Positions 11,024 to 22,700 of a stretch of DNA of 32,000 bases are shown in pieces. The stretch covers positions 1,200,001 through 1,232,000 of the forward strand of contig CP042461.1 of assembly GCA_004563595.2 (NCBI GenBank), written 5' to 3'. The notes beneath the pieces were generated by a model. It did not search any database. It was not told where the DNA came from and was given only the letters and a program-made list of their open reading frames with translations. Source of the stretch: Candidatus Saccharimonadota bacterium. GTDB taxonomy: Bacteria > Patescibacteriota > Gracilibacteria > BD1-5 > UBA6164. Within the stretch, counting starts at the first letter, position 1. Each line of letters begins with the position of its first letter. The position numbers were made by a program, and so were the translations under genes.

Positions 11024-13912
11024 ATGTTTGACCCTTCAAAGCTTGATTTAGATTTAGAGAATCTTGATAGTAATAATGAAAAAAAGAAAGCTGAAATGGT
11101 GCAAAAACCAGAAATAAAATGATCAAATGAAACTACTTTAAAAAATAGTGATATATTAAAGGTGGAACAATGAGAAAAGATAGGAACTAATGAAGTCAAA
11201 GAACTAAAAAAATCAAAAAATATAACTCCCCCTGAAAAGAAAATACCAAGTGATTTATCAGATGAACAAGTAGTTGCTAAGAAAGAATATTGACCTGATG
11301 AGGCAGCTTATGAAAAAAAAGATGATAAAAGTTCAAAACCTGTAAATCAAGATATTTCCCCTAAACTTATTTTTGATGTAAATATATCATCTGTTACAGA
11401 TATCCTTACTATACTCGTTGAAAAAGAGTATGATTTTGTAGTGATTGAACCAACAGACGACCATGTAAAGATTAGCTATAGAAAAGATAAAATTGAAAAG
11501 GAAGTAAAGCTCATAAAATACCCTATTTATTCACAAATTTTAATAAAATCAAAGACTCTTACAAAGCTTAAAGTTGACGAATCATCAATAACTCAAGAAT
11601 GAAGTTGAGAAATAAGATTAAAAAACAAAAACTACAAACTTCTCAGTAAAACATCCCCTTCTAATCTATGAGAAAAACTATTCTTAAAAGTTGTAGAGGA
11701 TACGAACAAGCTCATAAAAAAAGTAACAAAAAAAACATCTCTTAACCAGATTTTATGATTCTTTACTGCAGGGATTTTCTCTCTCCTTCTTATTGGATGA
11801 GCATTTCTTGCTTTTATACTCTTCAACTCGAACAATGTAGCTGATCTTACATTCTTTAATAACCTGTGAGTTGATGTATGAAGTATAAAGGACTTTACAG
11901 CAAAACTTGTTGATGGAATATTTTTCTCAATTATCTTTATAGAAACTATTTTTCTTTTCATTTTTACTTTCAAAGCCCTCCTTACAAAAAAAGATTTTAA
12001 ACAAAAAAAGATTGCAAGAACAGTTTTATCGATATTTTTTCTTTTCCTTGTTCTTATTTCAAGTTTCATTTGGCTTACTCTGAGTACAAAAATAACGAGT
12101 CTAACAGGTTTAAACTACTGAAAAATAGAAACCTATGACAATTCAAAATTTTTAAGTAATATTTTTGATGAAAATTGATCAAAAATAAATTTAAATTCTA
12201 GGATTATAGGGCCTGTAACTATAAGATTTGATATAGAACCCTTTATCGACAAACTTATCGCTGATTGATTTACCCCTCAAAGTATTACATGGGTATTTGA
12301 AGATGAAGAAATTGAAAAACCAATTGAAGATTTCAAGCTCATGAAAGAATTTAATAAAAAAGGTCTATTTAATGTAAAACTACTTATCACTGGTTTAAAT
12401 TTAAAACAAGAAATCGAAACTTTAGAAAAAGAAATTGCAAAGGTAAATATAGCTAACATAGTGGAAATAAAGGAAAAAAAGATCGACAATGGAGGAAGTA
12501 TTTTTGATTTTGATGCAAGCGATCTTAAAAATTTATGAAAAATAAAATGGTACTATATTCCAGATCTCAATGGAAAAAGTGATAGTGAGCAAACTGAGCT
12601 TGTTAATAATGCATTAGCAAAAGAAGTATTAACTGGAGATCTATTCACCAGCAAAATTATTTTTGATCAGGAGGTTATTTTATGAATGAGAATAATTGAT
12701 ACAAATGATGAGTCAGATGGACTTGATAAAATATTTATTATATCAAAGGATGAATCTGATAATATCAATGGAGAAATTAGTTATACAAGGTGAATAGAAA
12801 ATGATTTAGAATATGAAATCAAAGTCAAAAATCCAGAAACAGCTTTTTGAAATTGATTTATAGAGGAGTTCAAATGGAAAATCTGAGATAAAGATATTAC
12901 AAAAGAGGTTGATTTAACAGATCTTGAAGGGTCCTCAACTATCAAATATGAATTTAAAGAATATGGAAAGCATAAGATTATCGTTTCCTTAACAGATTCT
13001 AGATGACAAGTAAAAGAACTCTCTACCATTATAGATATCCCTAAAAAGTTAAAATTAAGACAAGAACTCCTAATCAATAATGCTGGTGAAAAAATTGAAA
13101 ATCTAAACTATGAAAAACAATTAAACGAATATTATATAAATGAAATCTGAATACCAACTCAACTTGGACTTGATGCAAGGCTCATCAAAGCAGATAATCT
13201 CCTCTATACTCTAAAGAAAGTAGAGTGGGACTATAATTCAGATTGAGACATAGATGCGACATGAAAACTTGTACAATATGATATTAATTCAGAATGAAAC
13301 CATACCTTCACTGTTCATTACACATTTGTACATAGAAAGGTAGCAGATGATATAATAAAAATTACAGAAAAAATATATATAGAATCTGTCACGAAAGATG
13401 CCCAATTAAACCTGAACATCAAAAAAACAGGAAACTATGTCCCTATTATCGTTCAATTTGATGCTTCAACAAGTCAGGTAAAAAATGAAAATATTGTAAA
13501 ATTTATTTGGGATTATTGAGATTGAGTTGTTGAAGAAAGAGACTCTATCGTAAAATGACACAAATATACAACTCCTGGGGATTACGAAGTAAAACTTACT
13601 GTTGTAACAGAAAGTGGGGAAAAACATTCTATCTCTAAAAAACTTATCCTTATACCAAAACCTCAAGTAGTGCAAATATCATCAAGTATGAAAAAAGCAC
13701 CTATATGACAAGGTATAGACTTCTTATCTGATAAATCAGAAGGACAAATCACTTGATACTTCTGGGATTTCTGAGATGGATCAACTTCAATTGAGGCAAA
13801 TCCTACTCATTATTATACAAAAGCAGGTTCATATAAGATTAAACTCAAGTTAGACTTTGCCAATAATAACGTATTAGAAGATACTACTACAATAGATATA
13901 TTTGAAGAATAA
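11024..13912 (+). CDS. Membrane protein (962 aa): cytoplasmic PilB/GspE N2-like domain without ATPase core, 3 TM helices, extracellular PKD repeats
   Basis: The whole frame was hand-translated and contains only TGA interruptions.
- N-terminal region: ILTILVEKEYDFVVIEPTDDHVKISYRKDKIEKEV...KSKTLTKLKVDESSITQEGSGEIRLKNKNYKLLSKTSPSNLGEKLFLKV. This parallels the IHxEP...vRxRiDG...RiK...l...E.R.PQdG...RvSt.P...GEk.vlR segment that precedes the Walker A of T2SS/T4P ATPases. No Walker A follows it.
- TM helices: ILGFFTAGIFSLLLIGGAFLAFILF, LVDGIFFSIIFIETIFLFIFTF and VLSIFFLFLVLISSFIWLTL.
- PKD signatures: WDYGDGVVEERDSIVKGHKYTTPGDYEVKLTV and [28 protein letters not shown], plus about 3 degenerate copies. 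Confidence 0.75.
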
Positions 13913-13942
13913 AACTATTCACTCAACAAGGCAATAAAAAAC

Positions 13943-13971
13943 TCTCATCAATTCATGATGAGAATTTTTTT
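13943..13971 (+). terminator. Intrinsic terminator of the PKD-protein gene
   Basis: Stem tctcatca (13943-13950) / tgatgaga (13956-13963), 5-nt loop, followed by ATTTTTTT. Confidence 0.65.
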
Positions 13972-13995
13972 AGAGAAAATAACTAGCTTTAAATT

Positions 13996-14031
13996 AAAAA
14001 CAGATACTCATTTACGAGTATCTGTTTTTTT
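13996..14031 (-). terminator. Intrinsic terminator of giant gene A (A-run / T-run flanked, bidirectional shape)
   Basis: Stem cagatactc (14001-14009) / gagtatctg (14016-14024), flanked by AAAAA and TTTTTTT. It ends 4 nt from the TAA of gene A (14036-14038). A near-identical copy sits at 27530-27567. Confidence 0.75.
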
Positions 14032-16765
14032 GTAATTAAGACTTCAGACTTTTCAAGAAGATTAAATAAGTTTTTTCAATATTACTTTTTAATATCTTCA
14101 TCTTGATCTTGTAGTTAATTCCCTTCTCCTTGTTATTCTTTGTTAAGATATAAGAGTCTATATTCTTCAATAACTTTGTCTTGAAAAATAGTACCTTTAT
14201 ACTTTTCTCCTTCTTGTATTTAATAATAAGAGTATCTAATCTTGCTCAAAGTTTGTTCACTATATCATTCTCTGATAAGTATACTCACACACTACTTGCT
14301 GTTCCAGTTTCTGCTGTTACAGTTGTATTGGCTTCTCTTTTCAATGCTTTTGCAAACAGTTTGAACGTTGCGAGTATCTTCACTTTGTGTTCTCTTGTAC
14401 TTTGTTTCGCTTGTCTGGCTAATATATAATTCTCTACGTCTTTGATAAAAGTATTTCTGTATTCTATTACTTTCTCATCATTATCTTTCTGCTTTTGTTC
14501 GATTACTTTGTCGACTCTCTTCTCTATCAATTGAAGGATTGTCATTTCTGAATGGTATTTCTTCAATGTTCATCATCATGTACTGTCTGTACTACTTCAT
14601 GTTCATGTTCATCCACTATTCAACTCTACTACATCTTCTTCTCAACAGAGACTTCATAGTTTCCCATATTTACATGATACTTCGTCTTGGACATACCATT
14701 TGTAAGTCGTTGTTGATCATGGGATCAGTTTACATGTGAGTTGTTCGTCTTTACAGGTTGGAATATAACTTCATCAACCTCAACCTCCTCATCAGCCTCC
14801 TCAACCTCAGCTTGAACTTGAACTTCATCAGCTACTTGTACTTGCTGTGGCTACTGAAAAGTTAATCGTATAATCACTTACATTTTCATTTGAATCAGTG
14901 TCCATACATCTTACATAGTAAGCATAACTTGTTCAGTCTGTAAGTCATGTTATGTTTGCTGTATGTGTGATTCCTCATGTTGCTGTTGTAAATATGTCTG
15001 TCATTGACGCATATGTTGTATTTACTACTGTTGAGTATTTACATGTTCATATTTCATCTGTATTTAATGTCAGATTCACAGCTGTCGTTCCTGATACTTG
15101 TTCTCAATTTGGTAATCCATTTGAGAGTATTGGAGCGGTTACATCAACGAGAGTGGCTACTGAAAAGTTCAGTGTGTAATCTGTTGTTGTTTCATTACTT
15201 GATCCATCTATACATCTTACATAGTATGTGTGTGATGTTCCATTGGTAAGTCATGTTATATTTGCTGTATGTGTAATTCCTCAGGTTCCTGTTGTAAATA
15301 TGTCTGTCATTGATGCATATGTTGTATTTACTACCGTTGAGTATTTACAAGTAGAGTTTTCATTGGTATCTAATGTCAGATTCACAGCTGTTGTTCCTGA
15401 AGCTTGTTCTCCGTTTGGAAGTCCATTACTAAGGATTGGTGCTGTTGCATCAACTACGTTTGCTACTGAAAAATTCAGTACGTAATCTGATGTGTTTTCA
15501 TTACTTGATCCATCTATACATCTTACATAATACGTATATGATGCTCAGTCTGTAAGTCATGTTACATTTGTTGTATGACTTGTATTTCATGTCGTTGTAA
15601 AGGTATCTGTCATTGATGTATATGTTGTATTTACTACTGTTGAGTATTTACATGTTGATGCTTCATTGGTATCTAATGTTAGATTCACATTTGTTGTTCC
15701 TGAGGCTTGTTCTCCGTTTGGAAGTCCATTACTAAGGATCGGTGCTGTTGCATCAACTACGTTCGCTACTGAAAAGTTCAGTGTGTAATCTGTGGTTGTT
15801 TCATTATTTGATCCATCTATACATCTTACATAATACGTATATGATGTTCCATCTGTCAGTCATGTTACATTTGTAGAATGACTTGTATTTCATGTCGTTG
15901 TAAAGGTATCTGTCATTGATGCATACGTTGTATTTACTACTGTTGAGTATTTACATGTTGATGCTTCATTCGTATCTAGTGTCAGATTCACATTTGTTGT
16001 TCCTGAGGCTTGTTCTCAGTTTGGAAGTCCATTACTTAAAAATGGTGCTCATGTGTCTGGAGTATTTGCTACTGAGAAGTTTAATGTATAATCTGTTGTG
16101 GTTGCATTAGAGTTTCCATCCATACATCTTACATAATACGTATGTGATGTTCCATCTGTAAGTCATGTTATGTTGGTTGTATGGTTTGTATTTCATGTCG
16201 TTGTAAATGTGTTTCACATTGCTCAATATGATGTGTTTGCATTTGGAGAGTATCTACAAGTTGCATTCTCATCGGTATCTAATGTCAGATTTACATTTGT
16301 TGTTCCTGAGGCTTGCTCTCCACTTGGAGTTCCGTTCGATAGAATCGGTGCTGTTGTGTCTGGAGTATTTGCTACTGAGAAATTCAGTGTGTAGTCTGTT
16401 GTATTTACATTTGATACTGAGTCGATACATCTTACGTAGTACGTATATGATATTCCATCTATCAGTCATGTTATGTTGGTACTATGTGTTGTATTTCAGG
16501 TTGTTGTAAATGTATTCCCTATTCATGCGTATGTAGTATTTGAATTTATTCAATATTTACAGGTTGCATTTTCGTCTGTGTCTAATGTGAGATTCACATT
16601 TGTTGTTCCTGAGGCTTGTTCTCCACTTGGTGTTCCATTCGAAAGTACTGGAGCTGTTGTGTCTGGAGTTACGGCTACAGAAAAGTTTAATGTGTAATCT
16701 GCTGTTGTTGCATTACTTGATCCATCTATACATCTTACATAATACGTATGTGATGTTGCATCTGT
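13996..16765 (-). repeat. Segmental duplication, copy 1 (terminator + tail + linker + first ~6.3 Ig repeats of gene A)
   Basis: It is colinear with 27532-30310. The offset is 13536 bp, becoming 13545 after a 9-bp indel near 14815/28350. In the 60-nt blocks I compared I saw 0-2 mismatches per block. Identity collapses after about 16765/30310. Confidence 0.9.
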
Positions 16766-19700
16766 AAGTCCTCATATACTCACACTATGTGTTTGTGATC
16801 ATGTTGTAGCAAAGTTGTTTATCATTGATCCATAAGCTACACTTGCAGTTGTAGAATATTTACAAAATGCATCCTCATCTGTAGATATACTGAGTGTTAT
16901 ATTTGTTGTTCCTGCAGCTTGTTCTCCACTTGGGGTTCCGTTCGAAAGAATTGGAGCTGCAGTATCCGGTGTATTTGCTACAGAGAAATTGAGTGTGTAA
17001 TCTGCTGTGTTTTCATTACTTGATCCATCCATACATCTTACATAGTAAGTATATGATGTTGCATCTGTCAGTCATGTTATGTTGGTTGTATGACTTGTAT
17101 TTCATGTTGTTGCAAAGGTATTTATCATACTTGAATATGCTGTATTTGCACTTGTTGCATATCTACAGGTTGCATTTTCAACAGTGTCTAATGTCAGATT
17201 CACATTCGTTGTTCCTGAAGCTTGTTCTCCACTTGGTGTTCCATTCGAAAGTACTGGAGCTGTTGTGTCTGGAGTGTTCGCTACAGAAAAATTTAATGTG
17301 TAATCTGTTGTTGTTTCATTACTTGATCAGTCGATACATCTTACATAGTACGTATATGAATTCCCATCTGTTAATCATGTTACATTTGTAGAATGTGATG
17401 TTATTCATGTAGTAGTAAATGTATTTGTCATACTTGTGAATACTGTATTTGCAACTGTAGAGTATTTACAAGTTGCATTCTCATCTGTATCGAGTGAGAG
17501 ATTTATATTTGTTGTTCCTCAGGCTTGTTCTCCACTTGGAGTTCCGTTTGATAATACTGGAACCGTTATGTCTGTCGAAGTAGTTGATCCTGTTGAAAAT
17601 TTATAAGCAGCAATAACAGGTGGATTCGTACCAGTTGCTTGATTATAATCAGCTTTATAAATAGATACAAATAACGTACCTGATACAGGGTCGAATGTTC
17701 CTCCACTGATTTGATTCACTTTACTTATTTGGAAAGGAGCATCGAAAATACCAACATCATAAGGAGTCACATCATATGCATTCATTATACCATTTTTGAC
17801 ATCTACAAGATCATTCACATCATACATCCAATAATAAGGGTATGTATCATACTCATCTATTATATAGTGACCTTGAATACCAGTATGAGGAGAGACTCCA
17901 TATGACATACCACTTTCATGACCTCCTGACATTCACAGTACTAAATATGTACTTGTTCATGGAACTATCATACCAAATGATCCTTCTGATGCATGAGTCC
18001 ATAAATCATTTGTACCACTACTATTGTATAAGTCTTCTAGAGGTACTAGGCCGTTTGGTAAAGTATACTTTAACAACTCAGTTGTCGGAATATCACTAAT
18101 AGAAGCTGAATTATCAAGTACATCGGTAGCATTAAATGCAAATGCAGCAGGACCAACACTCGTACTGTATATCAATGCCCTTGCTGTACTATTAGTAAAA
18201 CCTCCTATATGTGTTCCACCAAGAGCACTTTGCCATTCAACAGGAGTAGGTGAGATCCATCCAGCCGCATACGATTGTCCCTCCATAGTGAAATAACCAT
18301 CAACTTCTGATGTAGCAAGGTTATTTGAATCACGAAGAATAAGTGTATTTGTTGAACTGTATGGACTTTGATCATAAAAATCATAATGATTTACGAGTAA
18401 GTGCCCATTTTCGGCATAGATACCATTTATACGACTTTGTCCATTAACTTTATGAACTGCTTTATCAAGTACATTCGTAAAGTTTTGAAGAGGTGCCTCA
18501 GCAGTATTTAGTGCTGTTATATCAGTACTATTTACAAGTTCAGGAATTGAAAATTCAGCAATAGACTTACCATATTCGTGTCCAGCAACAAATAATGAAT
18601 TATTATCAGCATTGAATCATATAGCTCCATATGAAAAACTAGCATTCGCATAGTCACCAACTCAAAAATTACCTGACGGTAAACGAAAAGCTCCCTGATA
18701 ACTAATGTTATCTAAAGTAAGGAGTGGGAACGTAGATCATGAAGATGAAGTTATCGAATCTGTAACGTTGAAATTTATAACAAAATCTAGATTATTTTCA
18801 TTACTTGATCCATCGATACATCTTACATAATATGTATATGATACTCCATTTGTAAGTCCTCATATACTCACACTATGTGATTGTGATCATGTTGTTGCAA
18901 ATGTATTTATCATTGATCCATACGCTGTGTCTGCAGTTGTTGAATATTTACAAAATGCATTCTCATCGGTAGAAACGCTCAGTGTTGTATTTGTTGTTCC
19001 TGATGCTTGTTCTCCTGTAGGAGTTCCATTTGAAAGTATTGGAGCTGTAGTATCAACGACAACAATAGTTCCATCAACATATTCATATGCTCAGATATCA
19101 TATGTCCCTTGTCTCATGATCCCATTTAAATCTCTTGCAATTGGAGCAAAGCTTGGTAAAGCTTTATCAAAAACAAGTGAATTTTTTCATGAATCAACTG
19201 CGGGGCTTCATGATTCTATGTTTAAATTATCACTCGATGTATTTACAAATAATGGATCTAGATTATCTACATTATTTACATCAGCAATACAATCAGTACA
19301 ACTATCGTAGTTTCCTATACCGTAATATAAATTATTTGAGAGGTTCACTGTTGATGCTTCTCATATGCTCATATAATGATTCCCTGTAGGACCTGGGAAA
19401 TCCGATGTCATGTGTACTATATTATTATCAAACTTTGTATCAAATGTTGTTCCAGCAGATGTAGAAAATCAAATATATCCTGAATTATAAAATGTATTAT
19501 TATAAAAATATCCTGCTCAATTAATACTATTATGTTTCGATGTTGGTGCATATCAAGTATGATATGAATCAGCAGCATCATAGGTTCCACAATTCAAAAT
19601 TAAATTATTATACACATATGTTGGTTCTGGGATAACTTCCCCAGGGTCATAACTCAAATCGTATACATTTAATGCAGTTGCTCTTTGATAATCACAACTT

Positions 19701-22700
19701 ATTATGTTATTAAATATGAAATGTGACTTTACAACTTGTGTTGATAAACAACGATTTTGTTGATGATTCACTGTGATTTCTGGTCATCTCCCATAATCAT
19801 TATCATAAATATAATTCCATCATAGAGAATTCCCTTCAGTGTCAGCACATCAAGCTATATAAATACCATGATCAAAACGATTTGCACTTCTTGCCCCATG
19901 AATAGCATTCCCAAGAACAATATTCCCATTTCATAAATGAGTAGAATTATTTCAGACATTAATATGCCCAGCTCATTGACCAAAATACTCTTTGAGTCAT
20001 TGAACATCATTTCATATAAATCTATGGTAATCTCCTGCTAATCTTACAGAAGCATATGGTGTATCAAAAGCAAATCATGACATAACCATATAATTGTTTT
20101 CAAAAAATACTCCATTTTGAAAACTATTTGAATATGTTGGGTAAGTAAAATTTGCTAACTCTCATGGGTAACTAATAAGTGCTATAGGATTTCCTTGTGT
20201 CCCACTTATTTCACTCGTTCTAATCCATAAAATAGAATTTCATCCATTTGTTTTTTCTGAATATGTTCCTCCTCTAAAATAAAGAATATCTCCAGGTTGA
20301 ATATTTTCTAAATATCAACTTCATCCACTTGCTTGCTTATAACTAAATGGTGATGTAAATGATCCATCTCAAAAAGTATCTGTAGAGTTTACAAAATATA
20401 TATCCCCATCTCTAATAGTAAATGGGAGAGTATTTGATTCTTGTCCACCTATGTGAAGCTTGATATCAAGGTCTCATACTCACATTGAACTATTTAAGTA
20501 AAATGTAATTCTTTGTTGCTGTGGTGTTGGCCAAGCATCTCACCACTGTTCATAGTCTGAATCTGAAGTGAGGTCTACTCAACCTACACTTATATAGCTT
20601 GATCCTCTTGATGATCAAAAATTCTTTCACCATACGGTTACAGCTACTCATTTATCTGATTCAGATGTACTCCAACCACTCTTTGGTCAGCTTTCAAGAT
20701 CTGAATATAACAATACTGGAGCCGTTACGTCTGATGAACCAGTACTTGTTGGTTCTCCAATAACGTAGTCTGCTGGTAATCTCCCATCTTTTGGTGATTC
20801 ATCCCATAATGGATGTGATGAATCTATTGGAGTATATACTACAACATCATCGATTGCATACCATTGTTCTGCTTGATTACTAGGGTCTGAAAACCAATTA
20901 TATGTATTTCATCCTATTCAAAATGTATTAAATTTATCACTCAGCGAACTTCACGCACTTCTCCATGGAATATCACTCAAAGAGAATTCTTCTACTCCAT
21001 CAAGCCAGTATTGAGCAGTTCCATCTGCTACTCATAACGCAGAATTCATTCATACTTTTATTTCTAAATGATGCCATCCTCCATCATCAAAGGGGTCAGT
21101 AAATGTCGTTGAGGCATTTGTACCCCCCCATGGAGAATCGTAAGTATCCGGATATGCACCACAATAATATTCACTTTCTTGTGGATCACATCTTAAAGCA
21201 GCTACTGATCTATATCCATAGGTTGGAGAGCTCTTAATATCAAGTAAAAATATTGGAGCACTATCACCATTACTAAAGAAATTCCATGGACTATTTACTC
21301 CATCAGGTCCATCAAAATTATAAATTCTAGCCAGTTTAAAAAATGCATCTGCCCATTGCCAGTCTGGATCAACTTTAACCCAGAAACTCATATTAATTTC
21401 ATCATAACTTCCACTAAGACTCTTTATCAGCATAGTGTCATCACCCCAAGCTTGTTCTCATACAGCTTTACTTGACTCTTGGTATTTTATCCAAGATTTT
21501 CCACTCGCTCATCTAAATTGTTCGTTAGTAATTGATTGTCCTGGTTTCTTAGTTGGAAATCCATTATCTGGGTGCCAGTATTCAGTATTTCTTAGGTAAT
21601 TCCATCCTTCAGGAATAGTACTATCACATGCTGCAATACCATCACACTCTTCACTCCCATCAGCAACATACCAATCTGGATGATCATCAAAATTATCTTC
21701 AAAAAGGATATTTCCTCCACTCGATATAGGAGTACTTGCTACTGAAAAACTAATAGTATAGTCTGATGTATTTTCATTACTACTTCCATCTTCACACCTT
21801 ACATAGTAGGTATACGAATTTCCATCCGTTAATCATGTGATATTTACTGAATGTGATGTACTATTTGTTATTGTAAATACATTACTCATTCATGCATATG
21901 TTGTATTTACTGTTGATGAATACTTACACGTCGCTGTTTCATCTGTTGAAACACTCAAAGTTGTGTTTGTAGTTCCCAACGAAAGTTCTCCTGTTGGAGT
22001 TCCATTTGATAATATAGGTGCTGTAGTATCAGTTGATCCACTGTTAGAAGTACCAATAACATAACTTTCTGGCAATCTCCCATCTTTTGGTGATGCATCC
22101 CATAATGGATGTGATGAATCTATTGGTGTATATGTTACTACATCATCTACGGCATACCATTCTTCATCTTGATTGGAAATATCTGAATACCAGTTATTCC
22201 AATTTCCACCAATAGATATAAAGTTCCAACCTGTTCCTTCAGGAGATCCTACTTGTCTAAATGGCATATCTGTTACTGAATGTTCCAACAGACCATCTAA
22301 CCAAAATTGGAAAATTCCATCTTCTACTCCAGGAGTAGAGTTCATTTTCACTCTTAGCTCTATATGATGCCACTCACCATCTCCAAAGTTTTCTTCAAAA
22401 GTTGGGTGTGTAACTCCATCTACTGAAGTTGTAAACCCTGTACATGGTTCTCCATCTAAACATGTGAAATAATCTGTTGTTGTCCATTTATTATAATAAC
22501 TTGGACCACCACAACTAAGATAACCTGATTCTTGAGGATCACACCTCGGAGCATGACTCGATGTCCAACCATAAGTTGATGAGTTATTCAAATCAAAGAT
22601 ATAAAGAGGACCATTCACTCCAGCTGAACCGAGTTTAAAAGGATCAACTGATCCTGACGGACCATCAAAATGTCAGAGTCTAAATAATTTCAATTGTTTT

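Noticed and set aside
13913-14035. Mobile-element boundaries (IS inverted repeats, integrase, att sites) at the edges of the 13.5-kb duplication.
   Set aside because: The duplicated block starts exactly at a terminator hairpin and ends inside a coding repeat. I saw no transposase or integrase ORF and no terminal inverted repeats or target-site duplication. Homologous recombination or gene conversion explains it better.
14181-17391. Many plus-strand ORFs of 60-132 aa in the ORF track (e.g. 14181-14429, 14952-15179, 15228-15485, 16170-16394, 16473-16697, 16993-17391). Twins occur at 27717-31151.
   Set aside because: They are antisense shadows of the giant minus-strand genes. Their periodic recurrence simply mirrors the 303-bp coding repeats. 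Their sequences are low-complexity (L/V/F/C/H-rich) and overlap each other in two frames. The minus frame gives coherent domain sequence over 11.5 kb.
14851-17584. Highly regular 303-bp periodicity as a CRISPR array or satellite.
   Set aside because: The units are far longer than CRISPR repeats and have no unique spacers. They are in-frame coding sequence for a ~101-aa domain with conserved Cys, Tyr and Gly positions.
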